NCBI GenBank assembly: GCA_938091905.1
Contig: CALKOM010000057.1
Span: 15,942-79,941, forward strand
DNA from: an uncultured Verrucomicrobiales bacterium
Lineage (GTDB): Bacteria > Verrucomicrobiota > Verrucomicrobiia > Verrucomicrobiales > DEV007
Direction: 5' to 3'
Length of the DNA: 64,000 bases
Part shown: one piece after another, positions 9,120-18,648 of the stretch
Layout of the letters: each line of letters starts with the position of its first letter
Position numbering within the stretch: position 1 is the stretch's first letter
Notes under the pieces: model-generated
Told to the model about the DNA's origin: nothing
The model's database searches: none
What the model saw: the letters and a program-made list of their open reading frames with translations, nothing else
Program-made: the position numbers and the translations under genes

Positions 9120-10703
9120 CTATTCCTTGAGTGATGCTAGCAACTTGCCTAGAATCGCTTGGCGCTCTTGACCATCCTTGGCGTTCTCCAGGCGGTTGGT
9201 AACTTCAAGAAGAAGTTTGGCGTAGTCGTTGTGCCAGTCATTCTTGAGAGACGCTTCATAGGCGGGAACCCCGCTGCGGCCAGTGGATTTGACGCCGCTG
9301 GCAACGAGTTCGAAGGATTCGTCGAAGGCGGGAAGATGGATCTTGTCTTTGTCGATGCCTTTCTTAGCGATGAGTTCGCGCAAGGCGGCGCGGGCATCGT
9401 CGTCGCCGTGATTGAGAAAGAGGCCGCCGACGACTGGGGCGCGTTCCGTGATCCAGTCGACCAATTCACTTCTATCTGCGTGGGCGGAGTAATTGCCCAG
9501 GCGCCGGATGTTGGCCTTAATCTTGTAGAGTTCGCCGTGAATCTTCACGTCTTCAGCGCCGCTGGTGATGATGTGGCCGAGGGTGCCGGGGGATTGGTAG
9601 CCGACAAAGAGGATTGTACACTTGTCTCGCCAAATATTGGCTTTTAAATGGTGCTGGATTCGTCCGGCATCGCACATGCCACTGGCGGAGATGATGATGG
9701 CACCTTTTTTGATACGATTGACGGCCTTGCTTTCGTCGACGGATTCGACCATGCGGAAATTCTTGTGGCGGAAGAGTTCGGAAGGATCAACGTCGATGTC
9801 TTCCAAGACGCCGACGTGTTTCATGAAGACCTTGGTGACCTTGCGTGCCAACGGAGAGTCTAGATAGACTTCAGCATTCTCGATCTCGCCAGTTGCTACG
9901 AGAACCCCGATGTCGTGCAACAGTTCTTGGCTGCGCTCGACTGCGAATGACGGGATGACCACGTTGCCGCCACGAGCGAGCCCTTCGACTAACTCGTCTC
10001 GCAAGGCCTCACGACGTTTTACCAAGGTGTAGTCATCGCGGTCACGATCACCATAGGTGCTTTCGCAAATGAGATAATCAAAGCCGTCGGGCGCGTCAGG
10101 TTCGGGGTGGAATACTTTCTCTTCGGGGCCGATATCACCTGAGAAGAGCATCCGCATGGGGGCGTCACTATCGCTTTCTTTAAGCTTTAGCTCAGCAGAT
10201 GCGGATCCAAGAATGTGACCTGCATTCCAGAAGCGTATGTTGACGCCTGGCTTGGGTTCGAACCACTGGTCGTAGTCGACTGCTCGGAGTTGTTTCAAGG
10301 TTTGCTGCGCATCTTCCTCAACGTAGAGTGGTTGGACTTGCGGGAGGCCGCGGCGTTTCTTCTTCCGATTGAGATGCTCTGTATTGGAGACTTGAATGGA
10401 AGCACCATCCAACAGCATGAATTCTAACAAATCAACAGTAGAGCTTGTCGCGTAGATAGGACCGTTAAATCCGTGTTTGACCAACTTGGGCAAGAGTCCC
10501 GAGTGATCGATGTGCGCGTGAGTGAGGATGAGGAACTCGACGTCCCTGGGATCAAACGGAAACTCCTCGTAGTTGAGCTTTTGAGTCGTCTTGTTTCCTT
10601 GAAACAAACCACAGTCTACCATAAACTGAGCCGTATCGGTCGTGATATGAGAACAAGATCCGGTCACTGTGCCGGCCGCACCGCAGAACTTGAGAGTCGC
10701 CAT
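9120..10703 (-). CDS. MBL-fold metallo-hydrolase, beta-CASP RNA-processing family
   Basis: GAAGTVTGS, LTHAHIDHSG, AGHILGS, FSGDIG, ESTYGDR, SASGMCDAGRI, YSAHAD, NHGD. Confidence 0.93.
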   Translation of the reverse strand: MATLKFCGAAGTVTGSCSHITTDTAQFMVDCGLFQGNKTTQKLNYEEFPFDPRDVEFLILTHAHIDHSGLLPKLVKHGFNGPIYATSSTVDLLEFMLLDGASIQVSNTEHLNRKKKRRGLPQVQPLYVEEDAQQTLKQLRAVDYDQWFEPKPGVNIRFWNAGHILGSASAELKLKESDSDAPMRMLFSGDIGPEEKVFHPEPDAPDGFDYLICESTYGDRDRDDYTLVKRREALRDELVEGLARGGNVVIPSFAVERSQELLHDIGVLVATGEIENAEVYLDSPLARKVTKVFMKHVGVLEDIDVDPSELFRHKNFRMVESVDESKAVNRIKKGAIIISASGMCDAGRIQHHLKANIWRDKCTILFVGYQSPGTLGHIITSGAEDVKIHGELYKIKANIRRLGNYSAHADRSELVDWITERAPVVGGLFLNHGDDDARAALRELIAKKGIDKDKIHLPAFDESFELVASGVKSTGRSGVPAYEASLKNDWHNDYAKLLLEVTNRLENAKDGQERQAILGKLLASLKE

Positions 10704-10737
10704 TTGGTTGGATCCTAGCGTCCAAATCCGGAAGCGT

Positions 10738-11529
10738 CTACCCTTTGATAGCCGTCAATCGAGAGAGGGCGACGGCAGCACTGGTCGCCGCATTGAGAGA
10801 ATCGACGCCGTTTGCCATGGGGATCTTAACGACCTGGTGGCAGCGATCTAGCCAAAACTCGCTGAGGCCATGATCTTCTGGACCGATGAGCAGGACGATC
10901 TTCTTGGCGTTCGGAGTGAAGTCCTGGATGGAAACGGCATTGTCTGTGAGCGCGAGGGCGACGAGTTCAATGTTCTGTTGTTCGGACAGCCATTTCAAAT
11001 CGTCGTCTAGGCACGGGCTTGAAACTACTGGTAGACGAAAGGCCGATCCGGTGGAGGTGCGAATGGCTTTCCGATACCATGGCGAGGCACCCGCAATACT
11101 TGTGATGACGGCCCCTGCGCCGAGAGCGGCGGCGTTTCGGATGAGCGCACCGACATTGCCGGGATCTGCGAGGAGAGGAGCAATGACCCATGGGCGTGGA
11201 TCCGTTAGGTGTTGTGGGGATTTGGATAGCCAATCGCGAACTGAAAGGGGTTCTGGCTTCCGGGCAGCCGCAAGCACGCCGCGATGGAATTGGAAACCGA
11301 GGAGCTTATTTGCTTCTTCTTGAGTTACTGTTAGCGCTGGAATCTCATCGGGGACGTTGTCGCGGAGAGCGTCGTGCTGCCCTTCGATCACGACGACGGA
11401 GTGCACCTCGATGGTAGGCTGTTCCAACAAACACTCGACGAGCCATCGACCTTCGCAAATGAACCAGGGCGAGGTGCGGTAGTTGTCGTCATTTTGGTAG
11501 ACGCTGAGAAGGGTGTCCCTGTCGTTCAT
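10738..11529 (-). CDS. TrmH/SpoU family RNA methyltransferase
   Basis: DPGNVGALIRNAAALG, IGPEDHGLS, KIPMANGVDSLNAA SPOUT motifs. Confidence 0.92.
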   Translation of the reverse strand: MNDRDTLLSVYQNDDNYRTSPWFICEGRWLVECLLEQPTIEVHSVVVIEGQHDALRDNVPDEIPALTVTQEEANKLLGFQFHRGVLAAARKPEPLSVRDWLSKSPQHLTDPRPWVIAPLLADPGNVGALIRNAAALGAGAVITSIAGASPWYRKAIRTSTGSAFRLPVVSSPCLDDDLKWLSEQQNIELVALALTDNAVSIQDFTPNAKKIVLLIGPEDHGLSEFWLDRCHQVVKIPMANGVDSLNAATSAAVALSRLTAIKG

Positions 11530-11619
11530 GGTCGGAGAGAAGGGTGTGGTTGGTCGGCGTGAACGTAGAAATGCCTGGCCAGGCCGATGAGGCGTCAGTA
11601 GGTTTCTGCTAAGGCGTGG

Positions 11620-12791
11620 TTGTTGAAAGGATGCCTCTCGGCTTGCAGCGTACTCTTTTTAAACCTGACTTCGGTGATAGGGCAAGGGGTTGCTTACGTT
11701 CGAACCAACGAATTGCTGGCGAGGGGGACGACTGAGGCTGAGCCTCCTCGCGAGTGGGTCGAGTTGTTCAATGGTTCGACGCAGGGACAAGACCTCTCTG
11801 GGTATCGTCTCCGACAAGGTGATGACGAGTTTGTGATCGAGACCTTGCAGATGGATGCAGGCGGGTTTGCTGTGATCCAGCCAAGCATTCGGTTGCGTGG
11901 GCGTGGTGGTGATTTGGTATTGTTAGCTCCTGATGGAGACGGGTTCATCGCCTCTCTCGATCCAGAGTATCCGCCTCAGTTTACCGGAGTCTCCTATAGT
12001 ATCGATGCTCGTGGCGAACGCGCTTTCTTTGTTGAGCCGACGCCGGGTCGCAAGAACGGCAATGGCTATCTTGGGGTGTGTGCGGAGCCGCTTGCGGATC
12101 GCGAGCGCGGTTTCTATGAGAAGCCGTTTATTGTGAAGCTAGAGTCAAGCGCTCCTGGAACGGTCATTCTCTACACCTTGGATGGTTACAGTCCGTATCT
12201 GAATCGCAGGAAGGTCTATAGCGAAGGGATTCCAAACTATAAGACGATGGCATTGCGAGCGGTGGCTCTTCGGAAAGGGTGTGTAAATAGTCGTGTGATC
12301 ACGCACACGTATCTCTTTCTAGATCAGGTCATCACACAGCCAGCACGTCCTAGACGTTTCCCGAATCAATGGGGCGTGGTCTTCGGTTTGGGAACAAGGT
12401 TCCTGGAGACTATGAGATGGATCCTCGCGTGACGAGGCGCACTCAGCCGGGTTATGGACTGCGCGATTCCTTGCTCGATCTCCCTACAGTTTCCGTGGTG
12501 TTGCCTGTCGATCATCTGTTTGGAGCGAAGACTGACATTTATGCACATACTGAGATGCGTGGGATGGATTGGGAACGTGCCAAGTCCATGGAGTGGATTT
12601 AGCCAGAGGGCGGAAAGGCTTTCCAGGTGAATGCGGGGATTCGTACGCAGGGTAATTCTAGCAGACGTGTTGAGCGGATGCAGAAACATTCGTTTCGGGT
12701 CGCCTTCCAAAGTCAGTATGGGGTGAAGAAGTTCCGCTTTCCGATCTTTGGCTTTATCGGCCCGGTAGCTTTGGGAGCACGGAAGCTATAA
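11620..12791 (+). pseudogene. Lamin-tail/CotH-kinase family gene remnant
   Basis: LTD (EWVELFN..DLSGYRL) and RGFY..YTLDG domain; frameshift at about 12370-12400; in-frame TAG at 12600-12602; then QVNAGIRTQGNSSR..KHSFRVAF..YG..KFRFPIFG, truncated at TAA 12789-12791. Confidence 0.85.
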
Positions 12792-12838
12792 TCAGCGGTC
12801 TCAAGTGGGGGCCTGCGTCTGGTGTTGGCCGCACAAGT

Positions 12839-14418
12839 GTGGCCATGAACGTGGGTATCTGGGATTCGAGTGTAACCGTGCCAGCCCCTGCCGTCGGACA
12901 GGTTCTCAGGCTTACGGGCGAGAATCCTTTCTTTGCGGTGAACTGGAGTGTAGAGACACATTCTGTCGCGGTCACGTTTACGTTGAAGAAAGACGCTCCT
13001 GAGAATGGCGTCTTTCCCACTCCGGTTTGGTTAGGGGTGCATGATGGGACATTTGATCTCTTTACCGTGGCGAGGCTGCTTCTGCCGGTCTTGAGCGATT
13101 GGCCGAGGATGGGAATACCGCCCCGCTTAGCGCAGTATTTGCGGTCTCTTCAGGTGCAGGGCTAGATCTAACCCTGGCCACGATGGATGTCGTGCCTCCT
13201 TTCGCTCCCGGAGAGTCGGCAACGATCACTTTGACGCTAGGTGCGAATAATCGGCAGCATCGTTACCTGAGTTTCGCGAGCATGGTCATTCTTAGCAATG
13301 ATGCCTTCATCGGAAACAGCGATCCCATGGCCTATCCAATCTTTGATGAATCGGGCAACGTGATTCTCAATGCGATCCTTCGCTTGGGTGCTCAGATTTA
13401 TGATGCTGGCACGGAGGTGAACGATGAAACGCCAGCGAACACAGCTTTCTTTGGGCAAGCCGCTCCTGACACAGGTGTGACGGAGGGCGGTGTGATCGCT
13501 TTGCATACCGGTTTTGATCCTGCCAACTCGGGCGGTATCCTTGGCACGGCGATGTTTGCCAATGCAGATTTCACCGCGGATGACTATTCCCTTCTTAGGC
13601 TCGGCGTGGGCGGAGGTTTTAACATCACTGAAGTGACGTTGGTTGGCGATGTCTACAATATCGTCTGGGACGGAGGTAGGGCGCCGTTCCAAGTTCAGTG
13701 GAGTCGCAATCTCCAAGAATGGACGGATGTCGGTGAGGTGATGAATGATAGGGCAGTCGAGATTGAATTGCTACGGGAGGATCGAGCTTTCTTCCGTGTG
13801 ATCCAGGGGGCGGTGACCGCCCCGCAGACGGCCATGTTTGAACTTACCTTTGATTCAGTCTGGAGTGCGGCGACGCATCCGACAGATTTCCTCGCTGGAA
13901 CCCCGCATTTCTCCGGGCTAATTGGATCGATCTACAATGGCAATGACAGTCTCTGGGCCCCTGGCGGCACGACAACACCTGGAATCCGAAATGTGGCAGA
14001 GACGGGAGGCAAGTCGCCCCTTGATGACGAGATTGAGGCGCTGATTTCTGGAGGAAATACGGCTAGTGTGATCTCAGGTGGTGGCATTGGGCGTTCACCT
14101 GGGCAAGTCAGCGTGCAATTCGATGCTGATCAAGATTTCCCTTTGCTCAGTCTGGTTTCGATGATCGCCCCGAGCCCCGACTGGTTTGTTGGGATACATG
14201 ACCTTGCACTTTTTGAGAATGGGCAGTGGATCGAAGAGGTGGTCGTTCAGCTTCATCCCTATAATGCAGGCACTGACAATGGTGAGACCTATGTCGCACC
14301 CAATGCAACGACGACACCCCAAGGCGAGATCACTAGAATCGTGGCGCCTTCGCCGCTCGCCTTTGACGGCGTGGTTGCTCCCTTTGGGACCTTCACTATT
14401 CGGAGAATCGTTTCCTAA
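12839..14418 (+). pseudogene. Double spondin-domain (Spondin_N) protein, frameshifted near 13065
   Basis: TPVWLGVHDGTFDLF continues in another frame as GEAASAGLERLAEDG..SFASMVILSNDAFIG..YDAGTEVNDE. The second domain has WSAATHPTDF..PHFSGLIG..SMIAPSPDWFVG..YNAGTD. Confidence 0.8.
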
Positions 14419-14475
14419 AACCTTCTATATTCTGACCTCACACAGGCGCAACTCGAGGAGACTTGAGTTGCGCCT

Positions 14476-15009
14476 GTGTCGTTCACAGGTCTAAGGTCGC
14501 CCATGTTAGCCCAACAAGACAAGATCTGCCTCGTGCTCATCCTGGATGATCTGGAGGAAGGCGTGCGACGACTCGCTCAAGAGGTCTTGGCGGGGTCAGT
14601 GCACACGGTTTATATTGACCCTATTCACTGTGGATCGGTGCATGAATTTGGGAAACGACTCGCTGAGAGGCTTGAAGGACATGGGAAGACGATGCCTAGC
14701 CTCAGCGAGGCTCAAGCGGAAGAGATACGACATTTGCGAGGGAGCTATGCGTTCCGAGCCGAGACTGATCCTCGGGTGTCTATCCATATTAGCAAGGACT
14801 TGAGCGGGTGGACGATCATCTGTGAGGAAGATGTGCTCTTTGCGCTGTCGAGTGCGAATCGTCAGATTTATGTCAAACCTCTTCCAGGGAACTGGAATGA
14901 TGCGCTCTTTATGGTTGAGCAGCAGTTACAGAGCATCGCCTATTGGCCAGTCGAAGCAAGGCTAGCAGGCCTACCAGAATTAGAGACCCGCCTGTTAGGA
15001 CAAGACTAA
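14476..15009 (+). CDS. Hypothetical protein, possibly a C-terminal fragment of a LuxC-like acyl-CoA reductase
   Basis: YAFRA..D.RV..S...WTII.EED..FA.S..NR.IYVKPLP recalls the C-terminus of verrucomicrobial acyl-CoA reductases. No catalytic N-terminal part is present. Confidence 0.4.
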   Translation: MSFTGLRSPMLAQQDKICLVLILDDLEEGVRRLAQEVLAGSVHTVYIDPIHCGSVHEFGKRLAERLEGHGKTMPSLSEAQAEEIRHLRGSYAFRAETDPRVSIHISKDLSGWTIICEEDVLFALSSANRQIYVKPLPGNWNDALFMVEQQLQSIAYWPVEARLAGLPELETRLLGQD

Positions 15010-15392
15010 AACTGAGAAGGAAAGCCTTCTGGAGGTGGGTCGTCGTCATTATTGATGTAGCCTTTCTTTGCGAGCATCTTGCGTTTGTGGCTCTTTCTCC
15101 AGCGTTTCTCTCGCTTTTCTTCGTCCGTCTGCGAGCCAAAGATGGTAGCAGAAACCACGCTTGCGATGGCATCGAAGAGGAACGAAGCGACTTTGTCGAC
15201 CTTCTCTTCCCGCTCAAGCTCTGCTCGGCGTTCGAGTTCAGATTCATCGTCCAATGCCGTGGCGATGGGCATATGCGGAGGTTGATACTCAGGTTTTAGT
15301 GGCGGCGTTGTTTCTACCAGCGTTTCTTGATTTGCGCACTGGCACAGTGCGCAAAGAGTTGTGGCAAGCATGGCGCTTCCAAGGCGTTTCAT
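15006..15392 (-). CDS. Hypothetical exported/lipoprotein-like protein
   Basis: MKRLGSAMLATTLCALCQC signal-like start followed by a charged body. Start moved to the ATG at 15392. Confidence 0.55.
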   Translation of the reverse strand: MKRLGSAMLATTLCALCQCANQETLVETTPPLKPEYQPPHMPIATALDDESELERRAELEREEKVDKVASFLFDAIASVVSATIFGSQTDEEKREKRWRKSHKRKMLAKKGYINNDDDPPPEGFPSQF

Positions 15393-15439
15393 TGAACACA
15401 TTCCTCCCTTTAGGGATAGACGCTGGCGTGCTGAAACGG

Positions 15440-16273
15440 TCAAGCAACGGCATTCTCGAGCGTGCCCAACCCATCGATCGTGATGGTGACGACATCCCCA
15501 GATTGCAGGGTGAACTCAGTCGATGGGACAATGCCAGTGCCAGTCATTAGTAGCGCGCCATCGGGGAATTCGTTGTCGCGATAAAGGAAGTCTACGAGTT
15601 CTTCGAGGCTGCGTTTCAACTGATGCAAGGTTGTACGGTCTTCGAAAGCGACCTCGCCGTTACGACGAATGGTGAGATTGATGCCGGTGTCTTTGGATGG
15701 CGGCTCACCGAGGCAAAGCGCAGGTCCAATGGCGCAGGAGCCACAGTAGACCTTGGCCTGAGGGAGGTAGAGAGGATTCTCCCCTTCTATTGAGCGTGAA
15801 CTGACATCATCGCCAATCGTGTAACCAAAGATCTTGCCTTGGCTGTTAATAGCCAGGGTGAGTTCGGGTTCTGGCACATCCCAAGTCGAATCCTTGCGTA
15901 TGCAAATCGGTGCTCCGTGGCCGCGAGTTCGCGCCGGTGTTGCTTTGAAGAAGAGCTCAGGGCGGTCTGCTTCGTAGACCATGTCGTAGAAGACGTCTCC
16001 CCCGGCATCCTCAGATTCTTCCATTCGGGCCTCGCGACTTCGAAAGTAGGTCACGCCAGCTGCCCAGACTTCTTGATTTCCCATCGGTGGCAACCAATTC
16101 GGCTTGTTCAACGCCTCCGCCGAGACCGGCGTTCCTTCCCGCATCGCATCTTCAAGAACCGTCTTCGGGTTGCTTGCACGAAAGAGCTGGTCGAAAGAGA
16201 AAGAAGCATGTTCATAAACCTGCTCTCTATCTGAAATGAGGATGGACTCTTTACCTCGGTAGACCTTGATCAT
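15440..16273 (-). CDS. Fumarylacetoacetate hydrolase family protein (2-keto-3-deoxy-pentonate dehydratase-like)
   Basis: [61 protein letters not shown]. Confidence 0.9.
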   Translation of the reverse strand: MIKVYRGKESILISDREQVYEHASFSFDQLFRASNPKTVLEDAMREGTPVSAEALNKPNWLPPMGNQEVWAAGVTYFRSREARMEESEDAGGDVFYDMVYEADRPELFFKATPARTRGHGAPICIRKDSTWDVPEPELTLAINSQGKIFGYTIGDDVSSRSIEGENPLYLPQAKVYCGSCAIGPALCLGEPPSKDTGINLTIRRNGEVAFEDRTTLHQLKRSLEELVDFLYRDNEFPDGALLMTGTGIVPSTEFTLQSGDVVTITIDGLGTLENAVA

Positions 16274-16319
16274 AGAAGAGGACCCTAATAAACCCGCACG
16301 CTGAACGCAACTCCAACTG

Positions 16320-16994
16320 ATGAATCTCCGATCAACTTCTCTCCTGTGGCATGGCTCGCTTCTAGCTACCCTTGCATTCTCAGTCCTGCTTGGTCTTGCC
16401 CAAGAAGAACCTCCTGTCGCACTTACTCCAGAAGCTGTGGCGCCAACTCCAATGGAGCCGGAAGAAGAAGTGGACCCAATAGAAGCCGATCCAGAAGAGG
16501 GGCGGCTGGATCTTTACAGTGCTGAATCTCTGACCAGCTTTGTGGAATCCTTGGGCTCAGGTGCCAAGTTGCATTTGGCCGAGAACGGCTACGCCGAAGT
16601 GGAGCTGATCGATGAGGCGACGAACGCTCGTGCTGCGTTGATTGTAACGGATTTGTTAGGTAATGTCGACAAGCTGGAAAGTTATGAAACAAGTCGAGTT
16701 ACCATTGCGGGCTACCCGGCGACAACGGCCTCAAATCTTGGCAATGAAACTGATGTGCTTGCGGCAGGTCGGTTTCAAATAGAGCTGCGAGGGGATTCGA
16801 CCAAGTTTGACGAGGCCATGAGAATCGATTGGCTAGAGGAGCATCGGGATACCCTGGATGATTTAGGAGATGGTAGCAACTTGCTGGATTGGCTGGTGCC
16901 GGTGATCGCTGTTATCGCAGCGTTGTTATTGCTAGGCCTGTTCTGGGTTTCGCGTGGTAGCTCGACGAGACCTAGTGCGGCTTCGGCCAAATAA
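16320..16994 (+). CDS. Hypothetical exported protein with C-terminal membrane anchor
   Basis: N-terminal signal peptide, acidic linker, C-terminal hydrophobic helix with a short polar/basic tail. Confidence 0.7.
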   Translation: MNLRSTSLLWHGSLLATLAFSVLLGLAQEEPPVALTPEAVAPTPMEPEEEVDPIEADPEEGRLDLYSAESLTSFVESLGSGAKLHLAENGYAEVELIDEATNARAALIVTDLLGNVDKLESYETSRVTIAGYPATTASNLGNETDVLAAGRFQIELRGDSTKFDEAMRIDWLEEHRDTLDDLGDGSNLLDWLVPVIAVIAALLLLGLFWVSRGSSTRPSAASAK

Positions 16995-17005
16995 TCTGGC
17001 TGTGT

Positions 17006-17707
17006 TTAACGATATAACAGATTGACGCCGGTGGCGTACTTTGAGAACTTCGTCATCCTGAACCGAAAGTCGTTTGAGAAGATATCGATTCCGAGATCGC
17101 CATCACAGGAGTATTTCATCTCAATGATGAGGGTCTCGCGTGGTTCGTGAAAGCGGGGGACGAAATCGCCTGGGAACGGGCAGCGGAAGAAGCGGAGATC
17201 GCGGTCGATGGTGAGGCGGCAGTGGCCATCGGCGGAAAGAAAGTAACGTCTGGCGTAGCGATTAATGATCATGGGGGATTCCATGATCACCCGCTGATGG
17301 ATCCAGCCGGGAAGATCTGATCTGCGAAAGAGGGCTTGGGCATCGAGCGAGCTGAAGTTTGGGCCCAGGGTGAAGGGGGCGAGTTTGAAGGTGGGTTTCT
17401 CTCCGGCCCAGCCCCGCTTGACTTTGATTTCGAGGGCGGGCCTTTTAATGGCTCCTGACAGATCCCCATACCAACGGATTCGCGTCTTCAGTCGATTACG
17501 AATACCGTCGTCATTGGCGAAGTAATTGGCGAAGTCGAGATCGTCAAAGTAGATGTTATTAATGTGGCGCTCTGCATAGATCTCGCGAAACTGCGCAGCG
17601 TTGCGCCTGATGAGTGCGATGGTGTTTTGATAGGGCCATCTGGTGGTAAACTTTCGCTCATAGCGAAAGTGATTTGGCTTCTCAGACGTTTTAGTTTCCG
17701 AGGCCAC
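17006..17707 (-). CDS. VTC domain (polyphosphate polymerase-like, CYTH/TTM fold) protein
   Basis: RYERKF, INNIYFDD, KTRIRWY, LEIKVKRG, RYARRYF, RLTIDRDL, IIEMKY and KFSKY: the basic tunnel residues of the VTC family. Confidence 0.9.
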   Translation of the reverse strand: MASETKTSEKPNHFRYERKFTTRWPYQNTIALIRRNAAQFREIYAERHINNIYFDDLDFANYFANDDGIRNRLKTRIRWYGDLSGAIKRPALEIKVKRGWAGEKPTFKLAPFTLGPNFSSLDAQALFRRSDLPGWIHQRVIMESPMIINRYARRYFLSADGHCRLTIDRDLRFFRCPFPGDFVPRFHEPRETLIIEMKYSCDGDLGIDIFSNDFRFRMTKFSKYATGVNLLYR

Positions 17708-18554
17708 GGTTGTCCATGAGGCTAACGCTCAGTCCTTCGCCAAGTCCGAGTAAAGACTTGCGGCACTCTTCCAATTGTTCTGGGCCGGCGAAGTGGACTT
17801 GATAGTTCGCCTCCAAGATGTCTTGGGACTGGTCGAGGCGTTTCAGTGCGGCGTCTTTGGTGTGTTTAAGAACGGCCTGCTGAATCGCTCCATGACCAAC
17901 CTGTTCAGGATATTTGCTGGCGACAAGAAGATGATAGTCACCACCAACATCAGCGGTGGTGAACTGGCGGCGAATAAAGAGTATGCTTGTTAGAAAGGCG
18001 AACGTTATTAAGGTAATATACGGTTCAGGCGTAAGAAAACCGAGGCCGACACTGGCACCAAATCCAACGCCAAGTCCGATGGCGAGGAATAGGTAGCAAA
18101 GTTCTTCAGGTTCTTTGATGGCTGCTCTGAACCGGACAATAGAGAGGGCTCCTAGGAGTCCGATGGAAATGGCGAGAGCACTTTTGACCATCGCGATGAT
18201 CATCATGGTGGTGCATGCTAAGAGGACGAAGTTTCGGCTGAAATCGGAGCGATTCGAAAGCGAAAAGCCACAGCGTCGGTAAACGCGCTCTAGGAGATGG
18301 GCAGTGACAGCGCAAAGCGCCAAGAGGATGAGGAAGTTTCCCAAGAGGTCCCATTCAAATGCCATACTAGCATCACCTCCATCTAGAGATTCTAATGTGG
18401 GTTCGGCCTCGGTCAGTTCAAGGAGTTCCTGAACTTTGTTTGAAGGCTCTTCTGTTGAGGGGGCTGGGGATGCCGCCTGATTAGTGGCCGTGTCTGCGGC
18501 TTGAGTTTCGTCTTCCTCCAAGGGTGTGGTGGCGTTGATGGTTGGAGTTTCCAT
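17691..18554 (-). CDS. DUF4956 family membrane protein
   Basis: VKSALAISIGLLGALSIVRFRAAIKEPEELCYLFLAIGLG signature, several TM helices and a small soluble C-terminal domain. Overlaps the VTC start by 17 bp. Confidence 0.9.
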   Translation of the reverse strand: METPTINATTPLEEDETQAADTATNQAASPAPSTEEPSNKVQELLELTEAEPTLESLDGGDASMAFEWDLLGNFLILLALCAVTAHLLERVYRRCGFSLSNRSDFSRNFVLLACTTMMIIAMVKSALAISIGLLGALSIVRFRAAIKEPEELCYLFLAIGLGVGFGASVGLGFLTPEPYITLITFAFLTSILFIRRQFTTADVGGDYHLLVASKYPEQVGHGAIQQAVLKHTKDAALKRLDQSQDILEANYQVHFAGPEQLEECRKSLLGLGEGLSVSLMDNRGLGN

Positions 18555-18648
18555 TGGCCAATTTCCAAGCGCTCGTCAAGCTCTTATCCCTCTCTAGAAA
18601 CTACGTGCGTTTCGAGTCCTGATCGGTCATGTTCTGCGAATCTCTCCT

